In this document: positions 51,401 to 63,506 of the stretch, in pieces
How the letters are laid out: the number at the start of each line of letters is the position of its first letter
How positions within the stretch are numbered: the first letter of the stretch is position 1
DNA from: Laetmonice hystrix
Taxonomy: Eukaryota
NCBI GenBank assembly: GCA_965235115.1
Contig: OZ249436.1
Span: 50,718,001 to 50,782,000, forward strand
Reading direction: 5' to 3'
Length of the DNA stretch: 64,000 nucleotides
Made by a program: the position numbers and the translations under genes
The notes under the pieces: generated by a model
What the model was told of the DNA's origin: nothing
Seen by the model: only the letters and a program-made list of their open reading frames with translations
Databases searched by the model: none

Positions 51401-54284
51401 CACAGCCCCCCCCCCCCCCCCCCCCACCACCACCACCACCCCACCACCACCCCAGAATGGACGTTTAACACAGAGACCATAGACTACCACTAAACCGCTG
51501 GCGGTTAGTGACTGTAATATATAGTAACTGTGACGGCAATGGTGGCACACGCGCCCATTTAAAACACAGCTCGGCTATACATGTGGTTTCATTCACATAT
51601 TTTCACCCATTTATTCCATCCTAATCTTGAGCCCTCTACATCACCCAAAAACTCTGTAAAGTACTCCAGCCTGTTTCAATATCGTTGTCAAATTCCCAAC
51701 ATAAATTCCAAGATGTTAACTCTTGCGGGGAGGTAATATTGAAACAGCCATATATCTTTCTATACACACTTCTTACACTACGCCAGTTCTGTACTACGCA
51801 GCCGTATCTCCCGAACAAATCGGGCTATGGACCTAGGCGGAAATCGTTCATCAAGGCAAGGACAAGGTTCCTGTGTGTTTTCTGGACAAAAAAACTACTG
51901 CGGTTCTCCCAAGCAAGCAGTCCCAGACACCTTCAAGTCTCTCGGGAGCATCTATCATCTGCCAACCCAGTGCACTATTTCACCCGTCAACTGACGCTGT
52001 CAAGGACACACTTTTTTCCTGGTACTATTATAGCGACAGTCTAAAACCAACGCGGCCTGCTCCGAGCGTGACCTTGTGATTTGTGTAAAGTATTTCAATT
52101 TGTTGCTCAATGTTTTCCTAAGAATGACGGCTGGAATTTAACACCCGTGGACTCAATGATGCCATGTTCGTCTAAAACAATACCAAATATGTACTGCCTT
52201 CCGGGTTCCCACGCATGGTATACGGTGTCAGTGTTCTGCATGCACCCACACCCCACGCATGGTATACGGTGTCAGTGTTCTACATGCACCCACGCCGCAC
52301 GCATGGTATACGGTGTCAGTGTTCTGCATGCACCCACGCCCCACGCCCCACGCATGGTATACGGTGTCAGTGTTCTACATGCACCCACGCCGCACGCATG
52401 GTATACGGTGTCAGTGTTCTGCATGCACCCACGCCCCACGCATGGTATACGGTGTCAGTGTTCTACATGCACCCACGCCCCACGCATGGTATACGGTGTC
52501 AGTGTTCTGCATGCACCCACACCCCACGCCCCACGCATGGTATACGGTGTCAGTGTTCTGCATGCACCCACACCCCACGCATGGTATACGGTGTCAGTGT
52601 TCTGCATGCACCCACGCCCCACGCATGGTTACACGGTGTCAGTGTTCTACATGCACCCACACCCCACGCATGGTATACGGTGTCAGTGTTCTGCATGCAC
52701 CCACACCCCACGCATGGTATACGGTGTCAGTGTTCTGCATGCACCCACGCCGCACGCATGGTATACGGTGTCAGTGTTCTGCATGCACCCACGCATGGTA
52801 TACGGTGTCAGTGTTCTGCATGCACCCACGCATGGTATACGGTGTCAGTGTTCTGCATGCACCCACGCCGCACGCATGGTATACGGTGTCAGTGTTCTGC
52901 ATGCACCCACGCCGCACACATGGTATACGGTGTCAGTGTTCTGCATGCACCCACGCATGGTATACGGTGTCAGTGTTCTGCATGCACCCACGGCCCACGC
53001 ATGGTTACACGGTGTCAGTGTTCTACATGCACCCACGCCGCACGCATGTATGTATGTATGTATGTAAGTAAACTAAACTTCGGTCTCCCTCGAACGTTTT
53101 TCGGGCCCCGAACGGCCCTGTGAAAGTGAAAGGTATTCGGCGTTTAGTTATCATAATTCTTTTATAATCAACCACAAATCTCGGAACTGTTTTTCTTCTT
53201 ACACAAAGAGCCAACCGACGGTGTCGCTTCAAAGCAATAACTCTTCAGCTGTCTGAAACGTTATGCAACACTATTCTCTTTATCAGAGGCCCCAATATGC
53301 CCCTCTATACCCAGGAAACGTTTCTCAGTCTCACCTTCACGCTTAGACAAAAACTTTAACCCCTTAGGCATTTTGTCTAATTAATTTTGAATAGCTCCTT
53401 TGTATACCGTTTCAGCAAACAAAGCAGGGGTTGGAGATTCAGGTATGATGGGGATAGATTCAACATTTACTTTACCTACATCCACCATATAATTAGCCAA
53501 TGTCCTTGGCAAATATCACTATACAGCTGCTAATGCTGCTTCCCTAACTGGCTCTTGACACTAATACATAGGAAAATACCGTCTCTTCCATACATCATGA
53601 GATCCAACTCATTATATACAGGATGCTAATCACTAACTGCGTCGGTTATTTATACCGCTATCACTACAGACGGCGTTCACGGCTTATCAGTCCTGATGAA
53701 CTGCGCGCGCAGCCAACGCTGTCTCACTTCCGGTGGAGGAGACTAAATGGCCGAAGGTGATTATATATGCGGAAGACGTCACCTGTGAGAAAACAAGACT
53801 GCGTTTATGGAGCGATATGTGTGAGACTGGCCTCGGGCGACTCATCGTCTTGGGCCAATAAATCAAATACAGAGCGTGTGACCGCCGTTTGCTGCTTGTA
53901 TTGAGGTGTGCATGGTACCACATCAAAATCGGTACAACCACTAACAATAAAACATCCCTGATTGAACCTAGAGCCGTATAAAACCGCAATCTCCGGGACG
54001 TTGTAGGAGGCAACCCCTGGAGGTACATCTCTATGATCCCAGAACATGTCGGACTAAAGCCATTTCAGTAACACCAAGACGTAAATTTAATTTGGTGGTG
54101 ATGGTGTTCATCCATCCATAATTTATCACTTTGTTCTAACATCGACTTGTTTCCCCGGCTCCTCATCACATTCCCTCATTCGGACTGGACCCATCTATTC
54201 TTACTGTACACCGGCTTTGAATGGATCCCTCTCTCTCCCTGTTTCAGGAGATGCTGTTACTGCGTCGGTAGGCAGCAGGACGTC

Positions 54285-54316
<32 letters not shown>

Positions 54317-57300
54317 CTCAAACATGGCCTGGGAAAGGACGTTTTGTGTCGTATGGTTGTCAACTTTGTAAGAAATTAAAATGTGCACTGTACATGGTAC
54401 GTCCTCGCCCACCATCGTACTGCCCAGCTTCCGTGTGCTCCTAGCTTTAATATGCCTTTAAAGCTTTCATAGAAAATATATAAACATGCTCCCGACTCGA
54501 TAAAAACCAGGTCAACTTGGTTGAACCCCCTCATGATCAACAAAATTACTGGATTGTTTATAAAAGTCATACTATACTGAATTCATCCAACGGAATGCAA
54601 CACCTACAAGCTACCCAACAATGAATTCACATCCCACGATATCATAGACGAGATAGGATATTTGAGATGGCTTCGTGGAAAGCAAACTTCATTCTAACAA
54701 TATTGTGTCATTGCACATTATTCCAAACCGCGATTCAGGATACACAGAGCGTTCACTTAAATACACAGACAGACTGGACCATCTGAACCAGCAGTAAGTG
54801 ACTACTACCTTCTTTGCCTTTGAAAGCAAATTAACCTTAATCTTTTGTCAAATACATGTAATTGGGGGACGCCAAGGACAGCATTTGAACCACATTTATA
54901 TATCAGGTATCCAAAACCCGTTTCAAAACATTCTGTAGCATTCGTCCCATGCTAACTTTCAAGTGTCAAGTTTCTGGAAATGCCTTGCTCTGTCACAACA
55001 TGTGCCACAACATTATGCCAACTTAAAGGCAGGGTTAAGATACATGTATATCCATAAGCCTGTCCACATTTTCTTTTAAACTACCAACGTCTAACCTGAT
55101 GCCCTACTGTTACTGACACGAAGACCTAGTTTGTCTCAGAGTCGCTTCATTAGTGAGAACAAAATGTGAAATGGAGTTCTTCTCCAAACTTCATGTACAA
55201 TGAAGACGTTCCACAACTTTTGGGTATTTTTCATCCATGATATTTGGTAGACCGTGCCCCCACTGGGCCATGCGACTGTCAGTGGCAATATCAGTGATCA
55301 GGGGTAGGCTCCACTTACCGGTAAGTTTTTTTTTCACTAATGAAGCGACTCTGAGACAAACTACCTTCCTGTTTACTAACATGAAGGCATCAATTTGGAA
55401 GGTTGCTTATTTTATTTTTTTCTAGACAGACTCAGGGATATATCTTAGCCCTGCCTTTAGGTATGCCAACAAACGAAATACCTTTTGTAAACTGTCTGCT
55501 AACTACCGGTTAAACCGGAGACAATAACAGAAGATGTGACATGTTGATTCCAAACTTTCTGACTCCAGAAGTACCAGTACTTTTCCTACCTGGAGGATGG
55601 CTAGTGGACAGCTGTTTAAATGTTAGTGCTATTTGAGAACTTTGTTCTAAATCCCATATGGGGGACTCCTGGCCAGCTGTTTACATGTTTTACTACTGCT
55701 TACTCAAGAACTCTGTGCTCTCAGCCTCCGTCAGCGGGTGTTGCAGTTTTTATTTGACTTAACATGGCTTTATTTATGTATTTTCCCGATGTCCACATAT
55801 GCTACAGAACTCTTGTTACTGCAAGGCATGTGTCCCTAACCCCAGGTCCTCGAGAAAATAGGCCCAACACATAGACCCAAAATGGTTCTGTCCTCCCAGC
55901 TGTCAGCCATCCGGGCTGATTGACCCCAGAATCTGTCAGCCCTGCTGAACCTTTGTCAACCCTGATCATTCACAAGTCACCAAATCACCTTGGAATAGTA
56001 GCTTTTACCTGTATTGGCACCATTAACCGTACTGACAGGGCAGGCATGAATCCAGGATTTTTTAAGGGAGGCCCATTGACTTTTTCTTAAACTTGGTTAT
56101 AATATATAGCTGGTCTATACAAGCAGCCAATCCGAGGAGACGTTGCATATGGTGGCAAATTTAAATGTCTTCAGAGCTCTGTTTACTTTTTATCGTTTAC
56201 CCCATATGTAGCATCAGCAGCAAAATATGATCATCTTGTTTAGGTACAGGCATGAACATGAATACATGTATGTAGTAAAGTGGTGTTCAACTACAAGATC
56301 TGTTCAACAAGAATTTGCAGTGAAAACGACATCCAAACTTTGAAAAAATGATGCATTTAGAACTGTTGGGTGCCAGTGATTGACAGCTGTGACCCAGGTC
56401 ATGACCCACTTCAGGCGGCTGATCAGCCAGAGTGGGCCACATGAATTTAAGTAGCACCCTCCGCTAAACCCCACCCCCTCTGCCATAGGCCCGGCCCCAA
56501 CGAATGTTAGGGCTTTAAGGCAAGGCCTGATATTTTTTCATTCACTTTAATCAATTAAACCCTCGCTTTAATCATTCAATTTCAACCAGAAATTATAACA
56601 TGGTGTCCCTGACCCTGGGGTTCAAAGCAAAAGCCAAAAGCAAAGGTGTACCCCGTATCTGAGCAATTTTGCATGTTACTCCCTTTCCAGTCGTATCCCA
56701 TATCACATACGGGATAAAAAACCCATAATTCTGGGCATATCCTGTATGGGATACGGGATGAATATTTCTTTTGAATGGTCAAAGGTCAATGGTCAAAAGT
56801 CAGTAGTCAAACACGTTCCAAAATAATAATTTATTTTGAAAGTCTAACATGTTTCCAATCATATCAAACTCAAGCTTAAATTATTTAAATACATGGACTT
56901 TTTCCCCCGTGAATTTTTTGTGTAGTTTTAGCTGAAAATCCCCCAGCCCCCTGCCCTGGCAGGGTACTCACGTACTGGGCCAAACTGGAATGGGTTAATG
57001 TTTCACAAACTTAATATAATATTATATGCCTACTGTTTATTGTTAGACTCCTGGTTCACCTTCACCGGTTTATAGAAGCAATACCAGCTCCACCCACAGT
57101 ACTGAACAACGATGTTCGTGTAGGCCTCCCCGCCAAAAATGCATTGGGATTTGCATGCGATATGGTCCGGTGCTCACACAGTCTGTCTGCTTACCGTTGG
57201 GGCAGGAGAAGTGACACGTCCCCGTGATTCCGTCGGTGAACTTTCCAAACTCACTCACAAAGTCTATGCCCTCGAATGCAGAATAATCTAATCCAACAAC

Positions 57301-57372
57301 AGCCCTTAGACATAATACCGTACATGCTGCGAACAATGTCAGTGGTTCAACATGCCCCATCATCCCATTCAT
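48434..57372 (-). CDS. PLA2G12A: Group XII secretory phospholipase A2 (PLA2G12A-like), 4 exons, ~186 aa
   Basis: Exons: 57372-57195 (signal peptide, ...CHFSCPNG), 51059-50992 (PTSNGCGS Ca-loop), 50177-50006 (CCDVHDHCYGTC with catalytic His-Asp, CDSAFKRCL), 48576-48434 (LGCSAYLQAQKEACLC...PDEF*). All introns are GT-AG, phases 1/0/1, 561 nt. The start could also be Met at 57363 or 57360. Confidence 0.92.
49654..49858. mobile_element. Short inverted-repeat element (MITE remnant)
   Basis: Nested inverted repeats cagttctccgcttcg / cgaagcggagaactg and tttttagcgtcct / aggacgctaaaaa. Confidence 0.45.
50334..50673. mobile_element. TTAA-targeting MITE (Kolobok-like), in PLA2 intron 2
   Basis: TTAA-aggtgctattcgt ... 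acgaatagcacct-TTAA. Confidence 0.75.
50678..50945. mobile_element. Second TTAA-targeting MITE (Kolobok-like), abutting the first
   Basis: TTAA-agtggcaccaaaaattcct ... aggaatttttggtgccact-TTAA, with long subterminal inverted arms (gacaccatgttaaaatttcagg / cctgaaatttaaacatggtgtc). Confidence 0.8.
51228..51455. repeat. ~107-bp tandem duplication (2 copies) ending in C-rich/(CCA)n tracts
   Basis: gtatagaggtgctcacatatttctc...ccttgctcccacagcccc is present at ~51228 and ~51334. Confidence 0.85.
52208..53047. repeat. Minisatellite, ~44-bp unit (37-51 bp variants), ~19 copies
   Basis: Unit cacgcatggtatacggtgtcagtgttctRcatgcacccacRccS. It explains the spurious ORFs at 52081-53123. Confidence 0.95.
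54286..54313. repeat. (CAG)n microsatellite, ~9 units, intronic
   Basis: gcagcagcag run within PLA2 intron 1. Confidence 0.9.
55027..55456. mobile_element. TTAA-type MITE (Kolobok-like) in PLA2 intron 1
   Basis: TTAA-aggcagggttaagata ... tatcttagccctgcct-TTAG, plus an internal 30-bp inverted repeat tagtttgtctcagagtcgcttcattagtga / tcactaatgaagcgactctgagacaaacta. Confidence 0.75.
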
Positions 57373-57935
57373 TCCGACCTCAAGTTCCGCGTGTCAATGT
57401 TGCCGGAAACTTCCTCACTGCTGGTAAAAGAAATCACCGGCTGCCGCGGCCTATTGCGGTTCAGCTATTATCCGCCAGGGGGCGAGACACTGTCCAGTGA
57501 TACCCGGTCGACAACCCCTCCACCTGGTGTTCACTATGAATGTAGGCGCCTACGTACATAATCTACCTTCTGTCTTATGTATTGTTCTGGCCGGTGGCCT
57601 TTTCAGGAATATCGTGATAAACAATTAAACGCTCTAAGTTAGAGAACTGAGGTGCATTTTCCAGGCATTTGAGGGTTCTTTACTCAGGAAACACACCAGA
57701 GGCAGGATTCTAAATTATCAATTGGGGGTGGGGGGGGGGGGGGGGGCGTGCGAGTGTTGAGAGAACCCTCAAATGCGAACATGACATTTTAAAAGGTTTA
57801 TCAATCATTCTTTATAAACTTTGCAGTTTCAATTTTTATTTTCATTCATGGTTATCTGTTATAATAAACCAGTTTTCACATTATAAATAAGGACTTGTGG
57901 ATCTAGACAGTTTTGATGGGGCGTAGGCCTCTGCC

Positions 57936-58076
57936 CAGGGCCGTGCCCGGGGGGGGGGTGTCTGTAACCCCCCTGTGTGCCAAAGATTTTTTTATTTTTA
58001 GTTTTTTTAGGTCCTAACACTTGGGTCTGTCCACTGTAACCCCCCTCCCCTGCACCAATCTCTGGGCACGGCCCTG
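57936..58076. mobile_element. hAT-like MITE with 5-bp target duplication CTGCC
   Basis: TIRs cagggccgtgccc / gggcacggccctg; ctgcc at 57931-57935 and 58077-58081. Confidence 0.8.
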
Positions 58077-59062
58077 CTGCCCCAGGGGTGCAGGACGAAC
58101 CTGCCCCAGCCAGCCCGGGCAGGTTCGGCCATTTGGTCAGTGTGAATCATTGGCAATAAGTCAGTAAATAACACGCATTTATAAGTAGGCCTAAGTGTAA
58201 GAGTGCTAAATAATTAGCCGACATCATGTAGATCTATGACTCCTACGACTTGGTGCATCCTGTAACCAATGCGTTACGTTTGCGTGCTTTGCGTGCTTAC
58301 GTAGATCTATACGCCCTGGCTTAACCAGCTTCAAATATTTAAAGATATCTGTAAATGCTGAATAAAAGTAGGCCTACCAACGGCATTCCATACAAGATGC
58401 TCGCTAAGGCACGTTTGCAGTGTATGAAAGAAGACAGATGATTGGTTGTTGAAAGTTAGTCAGTGATGACGCTGCATGTTTGACCCATACGAGATGTGGT
58501 GACACGATGTCCCCGGGTCAGTGACGACAGACAGCTAGAACCGGGTTACCGGATGCGTTGGTGTTGCTTCAATGGACTGCATGGCTTCCAGGTCCCATTA
58601 CATTAGGCCTAGGTCAAAAAGGAGCTAACTTGCCCCGGTCTCCCCTATAGGCCAACCTGGTTAATGAAAACTCAGAGTCATATGAAAACAACGTTTTTAA
58701 TCAGCTTGAAGATTGATCACAGATATTTGGGTCTATTTATGTGGGTCTCTCAGTTGATTCTCACAAAATATCAGGCCGAGGCCCTATTAGGCCTATGGCC
58801 TTAATGGAGGTTTTAAGGTTAGCCCTAAGCCTATAGATCTAAATGGCTGTAAGAAGGGCAAATTGAAATGCTCATTTACCCAGTAGCCTATATCACAATA
58901 TTAGCCATGTTTAGGGCGTCCATTAGGCCTAGATAATATATGCCTAATACCGGACTAATAACGATGGTAGCCATTTTGAACCTAGGCCGCTGGTCCAAAA
59001 GGCCTCACTTACTCAACAAAATTTTAATCGCGACGCCAGAGGATAGAGAGCCATTTGTCTGT

Positions 59063-61131
59063 CTACAAGAGGGCGTGCCAACGTCTGACAGCGGTGTTGG
59101 GGTTGGCAATCATGGCTGTCCAGTGCTCCAACCCTGTACCAAAAGCGTAAGCCATAGACCCAACGTTCATTTTGCCTAACATTCTGTTCCTTCCCTTGGA
59201 ATCTCGCGAGAAGACGGTAAAGACAAGAGTGACGCTGGATAGCGAGTATGACGTAAAGTCAAACTTGTACTCTTCGTTAAACTCTGGTCGTGCGGAGAGA
59301 CTTTGAGTGCTCGACCTTCGACGTCTCAACATCTCATCCTTCGACAACATGGCGACGCTGACGTACAACACACCTGAAATGTTACCACAATGTTAGATAC
59401 TACAAACTGATGTTTATATGGCATCGTGATGTAGGCCGACAGCACGAGTCATAGAGTCTCGACCTATCGAGACCTTTAATGTAGCCTCGGTCTAAATGGT
59501 CAGAATGAACGCGATAAGACAGAACCGTGTCTGGCAGGCCTACAGCTAGGCGCTAGAGGATTTGATCAGACCACCATAACCCCGTTCAACAGAAACATTC
59601 CGACAAAACAGGTTAATCTGACCAGAAATCATCTGGTTTGCCCTCTGTTTGCACCCCCCCCCGGTTTAAAAGTTCAATTGTTATAAATGCCTCGTGTATT
59701 GTGTAAGTCCATGCTTTGTCTATGCCTACTCCTAGGCGTACTGCCCGTAGGCCTAGATATATCGTGAAGAACTATCCTACAATGTCCTATAGGATATACA
59801 TTATGCTATTTTTGATTGATAGCCGAGGGGCTGAGTGCATGGTAGGCTATTAGCCCCTAGCATTTCTCTATAGCCTACCTTCATCATTGTCGGACTGATT
59901 GTCAGGGTGGATAAGTTTGCGGCCTTCGATAACACAGGCTGTTAGGAGAGAATCGGCCGATTGATGGGAAAGAGATACCATCAGCTCGCCATAGGAACGC
60001 AGCACCTAAAAAGGGCGGCCATTTGTAACTCACATGCAATCACGCGCGCTATAACGGAAGTAAGACAACCTTCATGGCTACAGGGAAACAAGCGAAAAAA
60101 CGATGGTTCCTCTTAAAGAGGCGAGCACGTGAAAACAATTAGCTCAACTATTTCCGACTCAAAAAATTTAACTATATAAAATTAAGCCTTCCATAGATTA
60201 ATCATTGAATCGAAAATTTATCACATGGAAATAGAGAAAGGAATGAGTTGCCTATATATCCCCTACTCACCACAGACGCTGGGATGACATCCCGCCAGGC
60301 GTCCAACACCCTCCCTGTGCCAGCCATTGCCTCAATATCAGACAGTAACATACACACCTGGCCAACCTCGGTCATTCTCGAAAATCTATCGACAGTATTA
60401 AGTGACACAACCACGTAAGTCTTTTTCGGCCTCATCTTGTCAGTGACAAAGAAGCAGAAGCTAGCGTCATACTTGAGTTTTGGTGCTAAATTCGTATATA
60501 TACGACTGCATTGTAACTGGTCGGTGGATTGTCTGGACTTCTGCACCAGTCTCACCTTTAGACAGGTGTCTGGGACAGTCGTGAAGTTTCGGTCGTCAAA
60601 ATTCACGTCTGTCGCCCCCAAAATATTCACAATGACGCAGAGGTTGCTGACGTCATGGAGGACAGCAAGATGGAGGCGCCCTCTGCTGTGAATTGTAGAC
60701 AATCCGGCGAGTTCTCCGGCCGCACCGTCTGTGTACATGCTGAGGTCTAATTCCGACTGGAGGGCGACTGTTGACATACGAACGGCCTGAGATCTTCTGC
60801 CTTTCCGATACACTGTTCCGTTTTCAGCCTGGTCTGTTCCGAGGCCGTCGTCGGCCAGAGGGCTTGCTAAACTTTCTGTCTTCCGGTATGGCTTCTGAGG
60901 GCAATAGGGCGTGACGGGAATGACGAATTCCGGCGAGTTAGGATAGTATATTTTAGCCTGCGGTGATTTACTTACGTACAGATCGACGATATCTATTTCG
61001 TCATTGTCCAGATCGGATTGTTTGTAGTTACAGTATCGGATGTGGTTTCTGTATCGGTAAATAATGTAACAGACTGTAATGACGACAGCTGCCGCCAGGA
61101 GGCCGACGACAGGAGGAATCCAGCTTTCCAT
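59063..61131 (-). CDS. Synaptotagmin-like protein (N-terminal TM, tandem C2A/C2B), divergent, ~432 aa
   Basis: Exons: 61131-60271 (MESWIPPVVGLLAAAVVITVCYIIYRYR TM; C2A GRLHLAVLHD...VDRFSR..VGQV...W), 60005-59879 (GELMVSLSH..VIEGRKL), 59373-59063 (YVSVAML...PEFNEEYKF...WTAMIANPNTAVRRWHALL*, matching the synaptotagmin C-terminal WHxL motif). An acceptor at 61198-61199 with an open frame means an upstream exon could extend the N-terminus. Confidence 0.85.
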
Positions 61132-61692
61132 CCCTCGTCGGTTGCTCTGACTCTGTACGCCACCTGAGGGCACCACTCGGCTGTGTCTCGCGAACACCTG
61201 AAACATAATGATATACAGAATGTACACCAATCTTTAATAAAGCAATATAACGACATCTATTGTTGCAAAAAATTTTCGTAGGCCCATTAATCGCATCATG
61301 TTCCTGGAATATGATCTATATTATTATAATGATGGTCTATCTATGAATGAACAGAATATGGGGGGCACCTCTTCAACATTACTAAATACAACAAGGGCTT
61401 GTGCTGGGCGTCTTTATGGGCAGATGTAGGCCAGAACACACCTTGCATATATATAGGCCTATCGGGCATACATGCAATATGCACGCACGTGTAGGTTCTG
61501 TATACCTTCTATTTCATTGCATTGTCTATGAAAGGGACAGTTCCCTTTCCCATCACCACATGTTAACATATTTCTACAATACAATACACTTCTGACCGTA
61601 TACATGATATACCCCTCTTTTCTATATAGGCCTAGCTACCTCTATGGGGAAAAATACGGACGATACTGCGTCCCGCCACATTGCGTCCTGCC

Positions 61693-61858
61693 CAGTAGCG
61701 TACCCAGGAGGCGGGGGGGGGGGGGTGCTTGGGGTGCAAGCCCCTCAATTTGCCCATTTATTTGGTGCAGTTGCCCACAGCCCCCTCACAATTTGCAGCG
61801 CCTACGACGTTGGTTATTTCCAGCACCCCCCTGGGTCCAGTTTCTGGGTACGCCACTG
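61693..61858. mobile_element. hAT-like MITE with 5-bp target duplication CTGCC
   Basis: TIRs cagtagcgtacccag / ctgggtacgccactg; ctgcc at 61688-61692 and 61859-61863. Confidence 0.8.
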
Positions 61859-63506
61859 CTGCCTATAAAATAACATTACTTCTGCTTACACATCACAGAA
61901 CGTCCTACGCACCTCTAGCGGACCCTGTGACCCTATTTACCCAAACTCACCTTACCATCAACAACAAAGGTTTGACTTCAGTCGACGTACTCGAATTGTA
62001 ACACAGGTACAAAACTAGGCCGGTAATACGTCTTCCCGGCCTTGGGTGGGCCCTATTGTGAATACAGACATACTGTGTGAATACAGACCTAGCTACTGTG
62101 AATACTGCAACCAGAAAAAAATGTCAAAAAGTGCGATTCTGGGTCACACAAACACACAAACGTTTTCACTCGCTGGAGATGAGTGTTGTTTATTAATGAC
62201 CGACTGTTTAGTAAGTTGTCTCACCTAAACACCCATAATGCTACTTCAGTGCATGGGTTAGTGTACAGGGCTACTTCGGGTCTATATACATGTAGGTCCA
62301 CCAATGCACCCCTTGGATTAGACTGGGGCAGCCCCCCCCCCCCGGCATCCATTTTCCCTTTTCCCCATAGAGCTTTCTGAATTAACCCGTGTTAACCCCC
62401 CCCCACACACACACACACACTTTCCAAATTCTTGGATGTGGAGCAGCAATCGTTCAAGCAGAACCAGGACACTTGTGGTTCGATATCATGGAATGCTTCC
62501 ATACAAAGATTCATGTGGCGTGCTGGAGCGTTCAGAGTGTTCATCCAGAACTAGGACGAGACCAGTATACTCCCACCATCTCAACTATTCCACAGCAATT
62601 CATCTGCTTTGTGTCAAGATGTCAGTATACTGTACAGTAAAAACTTGGATTCTGCAGTCATTATATCGTATAATCTTATGTTAATATGTCCCATAATGCG
62701 GTATGGATGGTGGGTAGCCTATCCAAGAATGTATAATAGAAATATACCACCTTACCCAATTGACGGCCTCTTGGATACTGGTCATCTCCGTTGCCACCAT
62801 GTGATACAGGCATGATAAGACCCGCACGGTGGTGTCAACCTCTGGCTCTGTACAAATAAATTGAATCTTCTGAAGTGTATTTATACTTGTATTGAAGTCA
62901 GCGCTGTCAAGTATATGTTGGTTACCTGGTAGGCAATGTGCCCTCTACAACACTGGATGACTGAAACACTGTCGCTTGCCCAAGGGTGTAGTAAGCCCAC
63001 ATAAGCTTATAGACTTCATGTTGTAGGGCGTCCAAGCATTCTGCCAGCATGGTGAGGTCGTGTAGGTCCTAATCCGTCTCTGTCCTTGCGATATCCCGTT
63101 TCTGTCCTTAAAATGTCGAGATACACGTCGACATTGAAGAATATTAATGATAGATACCCATGGCAATCTTATGGACGCTGCTTATCAGTGGCCAAGTATG
63201 CGTTAGGGATATATGTCAACAGTGTGGCCGACATAGTCCGCACCCGTCCTCTGGCGACGTCAGTGAGTGTGACCAACACATACAGACCGTGAACCATTCA
63301 TTCTCTGGGCCCAGTTCGCCGCGTGCCGTCACGCGTGGTTACGTCAGAGAAATCGTCATGTCAGCGTGGCTGCGTCTCTCAACACGCCCCCCCCCCCCAA
63401 CCGCCGCGTTCCTGCTTGTACATAGAGTATACGTGAAAGCATGCATATTCCAGAAAATAGTGTTAGTATTGCATGTAAGTCCATGCTTTGCCTGTTCTTA
63501 CTCGCA

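Noticed and set aside
52081..53123. Three overlapping ~300-aa ORFs
   Set aside because: Translation of the 44-bp array, antisense within PLA2 intron 1.
53690..53760. Possible hammerhead ribozyme core (CTGATGA)
   Set aside because: No correctly placed GAAA or flanking stems were found.
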